Positions 1-9,363 of a stretch of 64,000 nt of DNA are shown here, piece by piece. The notes beneath the pieces are model-generated. The model saw only the letters and a list, made by a program, of their open reading frames with translations, ran no database searches and was not told the origin of the DNA. Position numbers and translations under genes: made by a program. Source of the DNA: a virus; IMG/VR virus record IMGVR_UViG_3300006793_000015, positions 1-64,000 of that record. One strand, given 5' to 3'. Position 1 is the stretch's first letter. The number at the start of each line of letters is the position of its first letter.

Positions 1-36
1 AATATTAGTATAGAAAGTAAAAACTCGAGTACACAA

Positions 37-1341
37 ATGTCACAAAATACAACCGCTAATAGTAAAACTGAGAAATACCCGCTTTTGCAGGTAGGCTTTG
101 AGACTGATTCCGAACTTGACGCAAAGGTTCGTGAGTCACTCACAACCGCCCGAATTGGGCTTCTGCTTAAAGAGCCGTTCTTTGGTAATCTGGCTACACG
201 CCTGACACTCGTAAATGCTGATGAATGGTTGCCTACCGCCGCTACTGATGGCCGTCGTTTCTACTACAATACGAAATTCGTAGAGCAGTTATCCCCTAAA
301 CAGATTGAGTTTTTGTTTGGGCACGAAGTTCTTCATATTGTATACGACCATATTGGACGCCGTGGTGATCGTGATCCTAAACTGTCTAACATTGCCGCTG
401 ACTATTGTGTCAACGGTGACTTGATTGTTAATCGCATTGGCGAGGCTATTGATCAAGTTCCTATTGTACACGACAGAAAGTATTACGACATGTCGTTTGA
501 AGAGGTGTATGACGATCTCTACGAAAACGCCGAGAAAATTGATATCGACGAACTGCTTGATGCGGTTCTCGATGATCACTTGGATAGCGATGACAGTGAC
601 GAAGGTAATGATGGAGACGGAGAAGGAAAAGGTAAAGAAGGCGGTAAAGGCGGCCGCCCTAAACTATCCGAAGAAGAGCGTAAAGAAATTCGTGATGAGA
701 TGAAGGAAGCGATTATGTCAGCGGCCCAAAATGCCGGCGCAGGCAATGTACCTGCTGGTGTTCGGCGTATGCTCAAAGAACTTACTGAGCCGAAGATGAA
801 CTGGCGTGAGTTACTTGATGTGCAGATCAAAAGCCTTGTAAAGAGTGATTACTCCTTTATGCGTCCTAGCCGTAAGGCGTGGCACACTGGCGTGATGTTG
901 CCTGGTATGGTTCCTGATGATACAATCGACTTGGTTGTTGCTATTGACGTTAGTGGTAGTATCAGCGAAGATATGGTGCGCGACTTCCTTAGCGAAGTTA
1001 AAGGCATTATGGACGCCTACACTACGTTCAACGTTAAAATATTTTGTTTTGATACTGATGTATACAGCATCAAAGACTTTACTGCTGACAACCTCCACGA
1101 GATTAATGAGTATGAAATTGTAGGCGGTGGTGGTACTAGTTTTGAAGTGGTATACGAGTATATGAAACAGAATGGCATTGAACCTAAAAAACTTTTAGTA
1201 TTTACAGATGGCTATCCGTGGGGTTCATGGGGAGATGAGAATTACTGTGATGTGTGTTGGGTCATACATACTCACAGAATTGAAGGTGCACCTAAGCCAC
1301 CATTTGGTGCTCATGCATATTACGAAACAATCTATAGTTAA
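37..1341 (+). CDS. Metallopeptidase-like + VWA domain protein (DUF2201-type, usual partner of a MoxR AAA+ ATPase)
   Basis: TAATDG and HEVLH (HExxH) in N-domain, acidic/Gly linker, C-terminal MIDAS elements DVSGS, GGGT, FTDG. Confidence 0.85.
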   Translation: MSQNTTANSKTEKYPLLQVGFETDSELDAKVRESLTTARIGLLLKEPFFGNLATRLTLVNADEWLPTAATDGRRFYYNTKFVEQLSPKQIEFLFGHEVLHIVYDHIGRRGDRDPKLSNIAADYCVNGDLIVNRIGEAIDQVPIVHDRKYYDMSFEEVYDDLYENAEKIDIDELLDAVLDDHLDSDDSDEGNDGDGEGKGKEGGKGGRPKLSEEERKEIRDEMKEAIMSAAQNAGAGNVPAGVRRMLKELTEPKMNWRELLDVQIKSLVKSDYSFMRPSRKAWHTGVMLPGMVPDDTIDLVVAIDVSGSISEDMVRDFLSEVKGIMDAYTTFNVKIFCFDTDVYSIKDFTADNLHEINEYEIVGGGGTSFEVVYEYMKQNGIEPKKLLVFTDGYPWGSWGDENYCDVCWVIHTHRIEGAPKPPFGAHAYYETIYS

Positions 1342-1354
1342 GGAGAATGTCGAA

Positions 1355-3424
1355 ATGAATATTAGTAAATTAGCAGTGGCGGCTATCGCAACTGTTTACA
1401 GCGTTTCAGCATACGCATTGGACAGTACCTATAACTTTGTACAAGGGCACGGATCGGTTGGATGGGTAGAGCACTTTGCTGACAACGGTAACGCTGTAGC
1501 AAGAGACTGGAATGGTGATGGTAATACTGATGTTATGGTTTTTGCAGCCGCTCATGGAGTTTATTGTCAAAATGGATGCCCAATGGGATGGGATGTGAAA
1601 ATCCAACCTTATGTATTTCTTAGTAATCCAGACGGCTCTTATAGTCCTACACGCGCAGGTGGTGTTGCCGCTAGTGAAACAGTAAATGAATGGACTGGTA
1701 ACTACTTTGCACAAGGTCCAATTGCATTAGGTAATGGTGGCGGTGGAGCAACGAATCCTGCTCTTATTTACAACGGAATAAATGCGGCGCCTGGACCTGT
1801 TTTCAACTGGCACGGATCGTCAGTAGGTGACGTCAATAAAGACGGGCGTTTGGATATTGTTGGCTTCTCTGGTGGTACGGTGGTTTATCTTGGCTTCAAT
1901 CCTGGTGAACGAGGACAAAACGTAAACGGAGAAGTTAGTGATCTTGGACAGATTCGTATGCAAAATAGTGCCTTCGCAGGAACACTTATGGATCTGGATG
2001 GTGACGGGTATCCCGAACTTATTTCTGGAGATATGGATGTTAGATCAGGAGGAGGGTTTGCCGGAGCAGGAGGAGCATTTGCTCTTGATGGCGTATCAGC
2101 AAGAGGCGGTGCTATTAACGTGTACAAGAACAATGGTGGGGAATCGTTCTCACTAATGCAGATACACCCAGATACGATTCCAGGAGTAGCAGGACTGAGA
2201 GCGGTTTATAACAATGGACGTGACATCATCGTGTATGACGAATGTGGTGACGTTTGTGCTACCAATAGTTGGATTCGTGTTTTTGCTACTGGTGCAGGTG
2301 GTGTAAGTTTGAAACAGCAATTCGGAATAAGTGGAACTGTTCCGCACTCTAAAGGACAAGCACCAATGCTCGTTGACTTAAACGGTGATGGCAAAAACGA
2401 TCTCTATGTCAATCATTATCAAAACTATGCTGGCAGTGTTGGATCACAACATGGCGGTATTTGGTTGAACAACGGTAACGGAACGTTTAGCCAACTCGGT
2501 AGTGCAATTTTTGCTAACGTGCCTAATGCAGGATCAAAGGGAGCCTTGTTTCCAACCCACGCCAACAATGACGGGCGCATGGATTGGATTATTGTTTATG
2601 AAGACGGTTCCTTTGGAACACTGCTCTCTCCAATGGCTACTATTTCTGTACCAGGCGAAGAAGAGGAAGAAGAGGAAGAGCAAATTGGAAAAGGGTATGC
2701 GAGGTTCGCAATGCATGATGTTATCAAAGGACGTGACCCTCGTTTTTGGCAGTTAAGTTTTGTAAAAGACCAGATCCTTAACATGCAGGGACACTTTATA
2801 GATAACAGTAAATTAATGTCTTTTAACGACATTAATATGGTTCCCGTATTTAACTTTGATACTAATACTGCCTTGACGTTTGGTGCTACTAAAGCAGACG
2901 AGTACGGGGAAATCGATAACGCCGTTGTAGGTTTGCGATACGGAGAAGTTGATGTGGCGGTTGGTATTGATAACAGCCTTATGGGTTGGGCGCCTGGACA
3001 AAGCCTGATGCATGTCGATGATCCCACTACTCGTTATATTAATATTAGCCGTAAGAAAAGCATTGGTGAATGGAACTTTAGTGCTAATGCCACTTACGCA
3101 TTTGGTACAGCAAACGGCAGTTATGGTTATGTCAAAGACGTAGAGGACTTCCACGCAATGGGCTTTGGTGTAAACGCAAATTACGGCAGATTAAACTTTG
3201 GTATCACCCAACCGCTACGCATTGAACAGGGCGGGATGATGTTTGCGGACTTTATTGCAGATATGGAGCCTGACGGACGACATATTGACTATACTCTACA
3301 GTATGACATGGGCATCAATAAGCATAACAATATTGAGTTTAGTGTTAGTTACATGAATGACGTGGATCATTTACGAGGTAACGACGATGTTCGCGCTATA
3401 GCAAAGTATAAGGCTTCATGGTAA
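1355..3424 (+). CDS. Secreted FG-GAP/VCBS-repeat protein with probable C-terminal outer-membrane beta-barrel (autotransporter-like)
   Basis: Start moved from 1208 to ATG 1355 (AAGGAG at 1340-1345); signal peptide MNISKLAVAAIATVYSVSAYA; DxNxDG repeats (DWNGDGNTD, DVNKDGRLD, DLDGDGYPE, DLNGDGKND); E8 linker; amphipathic beta-strand tail ending YKASW. Confidence 0.65.
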   Translation: MNISKLAVAAIATVYSVSAYALDSTYNFVQGHGSVGWVEHFADNGNAVARDWNGDGNTDVMVFAAAHGVYCQNGCPMGWDVKIQPYVFLSNPDGSYSPTRAGGVAASETVNEWTGNYFAQGPIALGNGGGGATNPALIYNGINAAPGPVFNWHGSSVGDVNKDGRLDIVGFSGGTVVYLGFNPGERGQNVNGEVSDLGQIRMQNSAFAGTLMDLDGDGYPELISGDMDVRSGGGFAGAGGAFALDGVSARGGAINVYKNNGGESFSLMQIHPDTIPGVAGLRAVYNNGRDIIVYDECGDVCATNSWIRVFATGAGGVSLKQQFGISGTVPHSKGQAPMLVDLNGDGKNDLYVNHYQNYAGSVGSQHGGIWLNNGNGTFSQLGSAIFANVPNAGSKGALFPTHANNDGRMDWIIVYEDGSFGTLLSPMATISVPGEEEEEEEEQIGKGYARFAMHDVIKGRDPRFWQLSFVKDQILNMQGHFIDNSKLMSFNDINMVPVFNFDTNTALTFGATKADEYGEIDNAVVGLRYGEVDVAVGIDNSLMGWAPGQSLMHVDDPTTRYINISRKKSIGEWNFSANATYAFGTANGSYGYVKDVEDFHAMGFGVNANYGRLNFGITQPLRIEQGGMMFADFIADMEPDGRHIDYTLQYDMGINKHNNIEFSVSYMNDVDHLRGNDDVRAIAKYKASW

Positions 3425-4698
3425 ACAAAATACTTAAAGTATTAGAAAAGCAGGCAAGTCCTAGTGGGTTGCCTGTTTTTTCCGCGGATGAATGGCAAGA
3501 GTTTAAAGGGCAATATGAAAAGAAAGAAGCAATAGAGGCGTTCGCACATTACATTGTCAACAATAACATTCCGTTTCCGTTTCAAGATATTACTGAAAAC
3601 GATGTAGTAGATAGGTTTAGAAAACTTAAAGGTATGGACCATAACAAACTGTTATATGGTTATACTACTGCCATTACAGACAAGTTTAATGACTACGAAT
3701 ACTCTGTTCAAAAATACTGTAAAGACGTTATAGACATTAATCACTACTATAACGATATTAGTAACTACTTTCAGCAACAGAACAGACTTAAATGTAGTGG
3801 TTGGTCACATAAAAGTCCATTAGATATATGGAGCAGTGAAGAAGCATTAAAGAAACTTAACTGGACATTTTGGCGCGAAGGCGTTGTAAAGTATGTAGAC
3901 GAAGCCAAGTATAGAGAAGCATTTAGACTAGGTGCGTATGTAGCGACACAGTTTAAACCTACAGTTGCCAAGTATGTTTATAACAGGTTTAACGCTAAAA
4001 CAGTATTAGATACTAGTTGTGGTTGGGGAGATAGATTAGCAGGTTTTTGGACAAGTAACGCAGAAACTTATGTAGGGTGTGATCCAAATCCGAACGTTTA
4101 TAAAACATATATGGAGCAATGTAAGTTTTATGACAATCATATTTTTAACAACGACGGACTGTTAATGGAGTTTAATGCATGCAATGGTTTAGAATGGTTT
4201 AGATATGAAGGTGCTAAAACAGTAACTATTTTTAACGCACCCGCAGAAGATATTAAAGACTTTCCAGAACTAAATTATGATCTAGCATTTACTAGTCCAC
4301 CATATTATAATACAGAACGCTACGCAGAAGGTATAAAAGAGGAAACGCAAAGTTGGTTTAAGTATAAAGAGTTTGATAGTTGGTTAAATGATTTTTTGTT
4401 TGTAACGCTAGAGAAAACTAAAAGTCTAATTAATCCACAAACAGGCGTTATAGCAGTAAATATTATTGATGCTAATATTAAGAACAAGAGACATTATGTA
4501 TGCGATCCTATGACAAACTTTATGGATAGTATTGGTATGCCGCTACAAGAAGTCATCGGTATGCGTATGAAGCAAAGACCAAAGAACGAAGAAGGCGGTG
4601 ACAAAGAACATATGCAGGACTGTTTTGTAGAGCCCATATGGGTTTATAGTTCTTCCAATGAAAACACTTTAACACAATTTGAGAGGTTATTCGAATGA
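3418..4698 (+). CDS. Amino (N4-C/N6-A) DNA methyltransferase
   Basis: SAM-binding VLDTSCGWG and catalytic FTSPPYY motifs. Confidence 0.8.
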   Translation: MVNKILKVLEKQASPSGLPVFSADEWQEFKGQYEKKEAIEAFAHYIVNNNIPFPFQDITENDVVDRFRKLKGMDHNKLLYGYTTAITDKFNDYEYSVQKYCKDVIDINHYYNDISNYFQQQNRLKCSGWSHKSPLDIWSSEEALKKLNWTFWREGVVKYVDEAKYREAFRLGAYVATQFKPTVAKYVYNRFNAKTVLDTSCGWGDRLAGFWTSNAETYVGCDPNPNVYKTYMEQCKFYDNHIFNNDGLLMEFNACNGLEWFRYEGAKTVTIFNAPAEDIKDFPELNYDLAFTSPPYYNTERYAEGIKEETQSWFKYKEFDSWLNDFLFVTLEKTKSLINPQTGVIAVNIIDANIKNKRHYVCDPMTNFMDSIGMPLQEVIGMRMKQRPKNEEGGDKEHMQDCFVEPIWVYSSSNENTLTQFERLFE

Positions 4699-5408
4699 GC
4701 AGACGTGCTTACATTTTTGATGTTGATGGTACTTTAACTCCTAGCAGACAAAAAATAAATTCGGAATTCAGCGAATGGTTTACTGATTGGGTTAAACAAG
4801 AACATGTATTTTTAGTAACGGGTAGTGACTATCCTAAGACAGTAGAGCAGTTAGGAGAGGAGATTTGTAATACAGTTCAACGTTGCTATAACTGTTCCGG
4901 TAATAGTGTGCGGGAGCAAGGTGACGAAATATACGGAGACGAGTTGAAACTTGAAAATAAAGCACACGACTTCTTAACAGAAAAACTAGTTGCTAGTAAG
5001 TTTCCATTACGCACAGGAATGCATTTTGAAAACAGACCTGGAATGATTAACTTTAGCGTGGTAGGTAGAAACGCTAATCTTAACGAACGTGCGGATTATG
5101 TTAGATGGGACGTTAAAACAAATGAACGACACACGATCGCAGAAGAATTTAATAGACTGTTTCCTGAATACCAAGCAGTTGTAGGAGGAGAAACTGGCTT
5201 GGATATTTCCAAGTTAGGCTGTGATAAGTCGCAGATTATTTGGGACTTCGATGACTATGACATTAGTTTCTTTGGCGATAGAATGGAACCCGGCGGTAAC
5301 GACTACACGTTGGCAGAGGCAATACGAATTCGCTACAATGAACAAGACATGTTGCATCACGTTACTAGTTGGACAGATACTTGGAGAAGATTAACCCATG
5401 GAAAATAA
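4695..5408 (+). CDS. HAD-IIB phosphomannomutase-like enzyme (eukaryote-type PMM family)
   Basis: FDVDGTLTPSR, VTGSD, RPGMINFSVVGRNA, FFGD..PGGNDY motifs. Confidence 0.8.
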   Translation: MSRRAYIFDVDGTLTPSRQKINSEFSEWFTDWVKQEHVFLVTGSDYPKTVEQLGEEICNTVQRCYNCSGNSVREQGDEIYGDELKLENKAHDFLTEKLVASKFPLRTGMHFENRPGMINFSVVGRNANLNERADYVRWDVKTNERHTIAEEFNRLFPEYQAVVGGETGLDISKLGCDKSQIIWDFDDYDISFFGDRMEPGGNDYTLAEAIRIRYNEQDMLHHVTSWTDTWRRLTHGK

Positions 5409-5619
5409 AAAACCTTATCAAAAACTTGCTTGGACAAGTACCGCGTTATTAATACTTGCGGCTACATTAGCGGCATTTAATGTACATCCTCAGTACGTCT
5501 GGATGTTTATTATTGCTAATAGTATGTGGACACTGACGGGCATACTATGGAAAGAAACTAGCCTTATTGTACTCAACGCTGGCTTAACAGTAATATATAT
5601 TGTAGGAATGTTGTGGTAG
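5398..5619 (+). CDS. Small integral membrane protein
   Basis: 73 aa with about three hydrophobic segments; overlaps upstream stop. Confidence 0.7.
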   Translation: MENKKPYQKLAWTSTALLILAATLAAFNVHPQYVWMFIIANSMWTLTGILWKETSLIVLNAGLTVIYIVGMLW

Positions 5620-5633
5620 ATAAAAACTAAATT

Positions 5634-5771
5634 ATGAAAGACTACTTTAAATTAAGAATGACTTGGCGGGTGTTTAACGTCGTTGAAAAGTTTCTTTTTT
5701 CGCTTTCTATGGCGTTATTAACAGGTTCTATAATATTTTTGCTATATATAGTATACAATGGGCCTTTATAA
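5634..5771 (+). CDS. 45-aa membrane peptide (below ORF-track cutoff)
   Basis: Read by hand: MKDYFKLRMTWRVFNVVEKFLFSLSMALLTGSIIFLLYIVYNGPL*; fills the intergenic gap and overlaps next start. Confidence 0.5.
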   Translation: MKDYFKLRMTWRVFNVVEKFLFSLSMALLTGSIIFLLYIVYNGPL

Positions 5772-6141
5772 TACAAGAACAGTAAATCACCACAACGTCT
5801 TAAATAGTAGACGATGTAAGACTACTCCTCCGTATTTTACTTCCATCACTATTCCTATTCGCTCTCACCAAATAGAGTCGAGCAAACAACAAATAATTGA
5901 TGATTTAGACAAGTGGATCTATCTTTCATTAGATGGAAGATATAGCATTGCTAAAAAGATAATGGTTGGTTTTGATACCAAAATATCTATTAATAAAACA
6001 GTAGATCCAAAACACCCAATTATTGGGCGCGTAAATGCGTTTGATATGCTTTGGTCTTTAGAATGGGTTATTGGATTTGAAGAGCCTAGCGAGGCAAGTT
6101 ATTTCGTATTATCTTGTCCTGTACTACAAGATCTCAAATAG
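5758..6141 (+). CDS. Hypothetical protein
   Basis: 127-aa ORF in the + strand run, no recognisable motif. Confidence 0.65.
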   Translation: MGLYNTRTVNHHNVLNSRRCKTTPPYFTSITIPIRSHQIESSKQQIIDDLDKWIYLSLDGRYSIAKKIMVGFDTKISINKTVDPKHPIIGRVNAFDMLWSLEWVIGFEEPSEASYFVLSCPVLQDLK

Positions 6142-6145
6142 TAGA

Positions 6146-6637
6146 TCATTCTCCAGTCTGCTCTTTAGCCCACGCTCTACACTTTTTAACATATGTAAAA
6201 GTTTTTATAATAACATCGTTTATTGTTGCTGGATCTTTTACTGCCCTGCGCTCTGCTATCTTAGCAGATGTGGCTAATCTTTGCTCAGTTACTATTTTCA
6301 CTAGTGTATCTTCTGGTATACCGGATTGCTCTAAAATTCCAAGTGAGCGAAAAATTAAACTATCAAATAGTTCTCTGTTATTTTCTAATCTTGCATCTAC
6401 TAGACCGTATGAGTTACTAGTAACATCTATTTGGAATATTTCATTCATAGCATAATGAACCGCCATTAAGCGTTTTAATTCTTCATTAGCCAATGTACAC
6501 TCTATACCTTCTTTTACAAACCAAATCAGTGCGGCATTTCTTCCATCATTTTGATCACTTTGTTCGGAATTTTCCTGTGCATAACCTGTGAAACTAAATA
6601 CTATAGTAAGGATTGTAGTTAATATAATTCTTTTCAT
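6146..6637 (-). CDS. Hypothetical secreted protein
   Basis: Start at ATG 6637 gives signal peptide MKRIILTTILTIVFSFTGYA-QE; fits exactly between flanking + genes. Confidence 0.6.
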   Translation of the reverse strand: MKRIILTTILTIVFSFTGYAQENSEQSDQNDGRNAALIWFVKEGIECTLANEELKRLMAVHYAMNEIFQIDVTSNSYGLVDARLENNRELFDSLIFRSLGILEQSGIPEDTLVKIVTEQRLATSAKIAERRAVKDPATINDVIIKTFTYVKKCRAWAKEQTGE

Positions 6638-6663
6638 ACAATTAATTATCAGGAGAACAAACA

Positions 6664-6954
6664 ATGTCGGAAAATACTGAAAATGCAGAAGAGACGCCAG
6701 TAGAAGTACCTAATGAGGCATCTGAAGCATTACCAGAAGCAGGAGATGCACCAGAATTTAATTTAAAAGATTTATTGGCTGTTAAGCAGATCGTCGAAGT
6801 TGGTGCCCGAAGAGGTGCATGGAACGCGGCAGAAATGTCTGCTGTAGGCGTTACTTATGACAGGCTAATGAGGTTCTTAAGACACCACTTACCTGCCACT
6901 GAACCAGCACAACAAGAAGTACAAGCAGATGCACCAGAAGCACCTGCTGAATAA
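6664..6954 (+). CDS. Hypothetical acidic protein
   Basis: AGGAG RBS upstream; 96 aa with Glu/Pro/Ala-rich termini. Confidence 0.75.
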   Translation: MSENTENAEETPVEVPNEASEALPEAGDAPEFNLKDLLAVKQIVEVGARRGAWNAAEMSAVGVTYDRLMRFLRHHLPATEPAQQEVQADAPEAPAE

Positions 6955-6976
6955 TCAATATTAAACGGAGAAATAT

Positions 6977-7519
6977 ATGAAACACGTTGGCAAGCAAATA
7001 TCAACTAAAGACAAAATCATTTTACTTTTTAGGGAAGTCCCCGGCGAGCCAGATAACTGTTTAGTAGCAAGAACAGCATCTTTATCACAAGATGATCATG
7101 ATTCACTAATTACAGTTTTAGAGAGTGAAGAAGGCCAACAAGCCAACACACTAGCAGAAATTTTACATGTTAAAATGAACGGTGCAGGGCGCCCGATTTT
7201 AGAAAGTTTACATGTTAGTCAAAAGATTCTAAAACTACCTGCTAGTGATGTTGCTCTCACACCAGACACAAACACTGCTATTACGCTATCTGATGTTAAT
7301 GCCGCTATTCGCGGAGAAGAAGTATCAGCACCAGAAAGTGACGACAGCGGTGTATTAACTGATTCAAAAATTGCAGAAGGCTTGCGTAGTCAGGCAGCTA
7401 TTATGCAAAAAGAAGCGAAACGGTTACTTGCTGAAGCAGAAGAGTTGTCACCAACTAAGAAAGCAAGAGCAAAGAAGACTACTAAGAAGAAGGCTTCCAA
7501 AGCCCGTGCCTCAGCATAA
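6977..7519 (+). CDS. Hypothetical protein with basic Lys/Ala tail
   Basis: GGAG RBS; C-terminus KKARAKKTTKKKASKARASA. Confidence 0.75.
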   Translation: MKHVGKQISTKDKIILLFREVPGEPDNCLVARTASLSQDDHDSLITVLESEEGQQANTLAEILHVKMNGAGRPILESLHVSQKILKLPASDVALTPDTNTAITLSDVNAAIRGEEVSAPESDDSGVLTDSKIAEGLRSQAAIMQKEAKRLLAEAEELSPTKKARAKKTTKKKASKARASA

Positions 7520-7823
7520 AGAAGTTTACTTAACAGACTCTTTTAAGAATCGATGGTTGGACATTATTGAAGACGTTGATATCACTAATGTCCCCGTCGA
7601 ATATATAGATCATCTCGTATTACGCAACGAGCATGACAATGAAGTTGTAATAAGTGTCATCGATCTTTTAGAGGAAGGCGTAGATCCAAGAGACTTAGAA
7701 GAAGAACTAACATACCGCATAGATGCCTATGGCGGTGTACTTTCAATTGACTATGTTTTAAACGTTGACAAGGTTAAAACAGACATTCAATTATCAACAA
7801 ACAATGCATTAAAAAATCTTTAA
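7506..7823 (+). CDS. Hypothetical acidic protein
   Basis: In-frame GTG at 7506 overlapping the upstream stop is more plausible than the 7371 start. Confidence 0.6.
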   Translation: MPQHKEVYLTDSFKNRWLDIIEDVDITNVPVEYIDHLVLRNEHDNEVVISVIDLLEEGVDPRDLEEELTYRIDAYGGVLSIDYVLNVDKVKTDIQLSTNNALKNL

Positions 7824-7829
7824 TTTTTA

Positions 7830-7858
7830 TTGACAAAAAGTAGTTACAATTATATAAT
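7830..7858 (+). promoter_or_regulatory. Consensus sigma70 promoter for thyX operon (probably leaderless)
   Basis: TTGACA 7830-7835, 17-nt spacer, TATAAT 7853-7858; ATG at 7865. Confidence 0.85.
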
Positions 7859-7864
7859 GTAAAT

Positions 7865-8776
7865 ATGACTAAAGTTTCAGACATAAATTTTAACACAGAC
7901 GAAAACTATGTAAAGTATTTGGATCATGGCTTTGTCGGTCTCGTTGATACAATGGGATCTGACAATGCGATAGTCCAAGCTGCGAGAGTGTCATATGGTG
8001 ACGGCACCAAAGGCACTAGTAATGATAGGGCATTAATACGCTATCTAGTTAAGCACCGACACACATCACCGCTCGAGATGTGCGAGGTAAAATTCCATTT
8101 AAAGATGCCCATCTTTGTTATGAGGCAACACGTTAGGCATAGAACAGCAAACTTGAACGAATATTCTGGCAGATATAGTATTATGTCGGATGAGTTTTAC
8201 GTTCCTGATAAAGAAAACCTTAAACCACAAAGTTCAATCAACAAACAGGGAAGAGATGGTAAATTACTTCCAGTTGAAGAAACGATGTGCCATAATACTA
8301 TTAAACGAATTGGTAGAGAAAACTACAATGATTATTTAAGTTTATTGGGAGAACACCCAAATGACAATTATAACATTGAAGAAGATCAACGTCAAGGTTT
8401 GTCAAGAGAGTTGGCCCGTGCCGTGTTGCCTCTTAATAACTATACAGAACTATATTGGAAAATAGATTTAAACAACTTTTTCCACTACGTTAAATTAAGA
8501 GCAGATTATCACGCACAATGGGAAATACAAGAATTAGCAAGATCAATGTATAGTTTAATTCAAGATAAGTTTCCTTTGTCGTGTGAAGCATATGAAGATT
8601 TTATTGAAAACGCTCATACTGCTAGTCGTATGGAAGTTGATCTAATAAACAGATTAATTGATAAAAAGCGATGGAATGAACTAGTAGAGGATTGGAGAAC
8701 TGAAGAAGCAGTGGCAGAGCAGTACGGCATGTCCAAACGTGATCTCAATGAGTTTAAGCAAAAATGGAGTCTTTAA
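7865..8776 (+). CDS. thyX: Flavin-dependent thymidylate synthase
   Basis: IVQAARVSY, HTSPLE, RHRTANLNEYSGRY (RHRx7S), ELARAVLP, HAQWEI motifs. Confidence 0.95.
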   Translation: MTKVSDINFNTDENYVKYLDHGFVGLVDTMGSDNAIVQAARVSYGDGTKGTSNDRALIRYLVKHRHTSPLEMCEVKFHLKMPIFVMRQHVRHRTANLNEYSGRYSIMSDEFYVPDKENLKPQSSINKQGRDGKLLPVEETMCHNTIKRIGRENYNDYLSLLGEHPNDNYNIEEDQRQGLSRELARAVLPLNNYTELYWKIDLNNFFHYVKLRADYHAQWEIQELARSMYSLIQDKFPLSCEAYEDFIENAHTASRMEVDLINRLIDKKRWNELVEDWRTEEAVAEQYGMSKRDLNEFKQKWSL

Positions 8777-9363
8777 AAAATGAAGGGAAATCTATTCTAG
8801 CACTTAGTCCACATCCGGACGACGCGGAGTTAGGAGCAGGTGGGTTCATTTTAAATGAACTTTCTAAGAAAGGCTTTGTTAAAATTGTTTACTTTTATAA
8901 AGAAAAAGTAACAAGTGTAACTGAAAACTCTTCTAAATTAAATTACTCGTACGAATTCTTCTCAGACTCTGAAACTCGACCAGTATTAAATAACAATAGT
9001 GTGGCCCGATTAGATGATATTATCTATGGTAAAGAGCAATATGATTATATGTTAATACCACATTACGGCGACAGTCACCAAGACCATAAAATTGTAAACG
9101 AGTTAGCAATTGCAAGTAGTCGTAAGTTTACAGGCACTATATTGCAATATGAAATCAGTGCTTATATAAACAATAACAAATCTTATAATCCAAATGTATT
9201 CGTTGGAATGGATAACATTCAAGACAAATTGGATTGGTGCAATTCATACTGGGACGTTGACGACAAAATATTAGAATCAACTCGCGCACTTGCTATATTA
9301 CGTAGTGCTAATACAAATTACCCTTATGCAGAAAGTTTTGAATTACTAAGATGCACATTGTAA
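8764..9363 (+). CDS. PIG-L/LmbE family N-deacetylase
   Basis: SPHPDDAELG and DSHQDH metal-binding motifs, terminal AESF. Confidence 0.85.
   Translation: MESLKNEGKSILALSPHPDDAELGAGGFILNELSKKGFVKIVYFYKEKVTSVTENSSKLNYSYEFFSDSETRPVLNNNSVARLDDIIYGKEQYDYMLIPHYGDSHQDHKIVNELAIASSRKFTGTILQYEISAYINNNKSYNPNVFVGMDNIQDKLDWCNSYWDVDDKILESTRALAILRSANTNYPYAESFELLRCTL

Noticed and set aside
1208-1354. N-terminal 49 codons of the 738-aa ORF
   Set aside because: Overlaps the VWA gene; RBS and signal peptide point to ATG 1355
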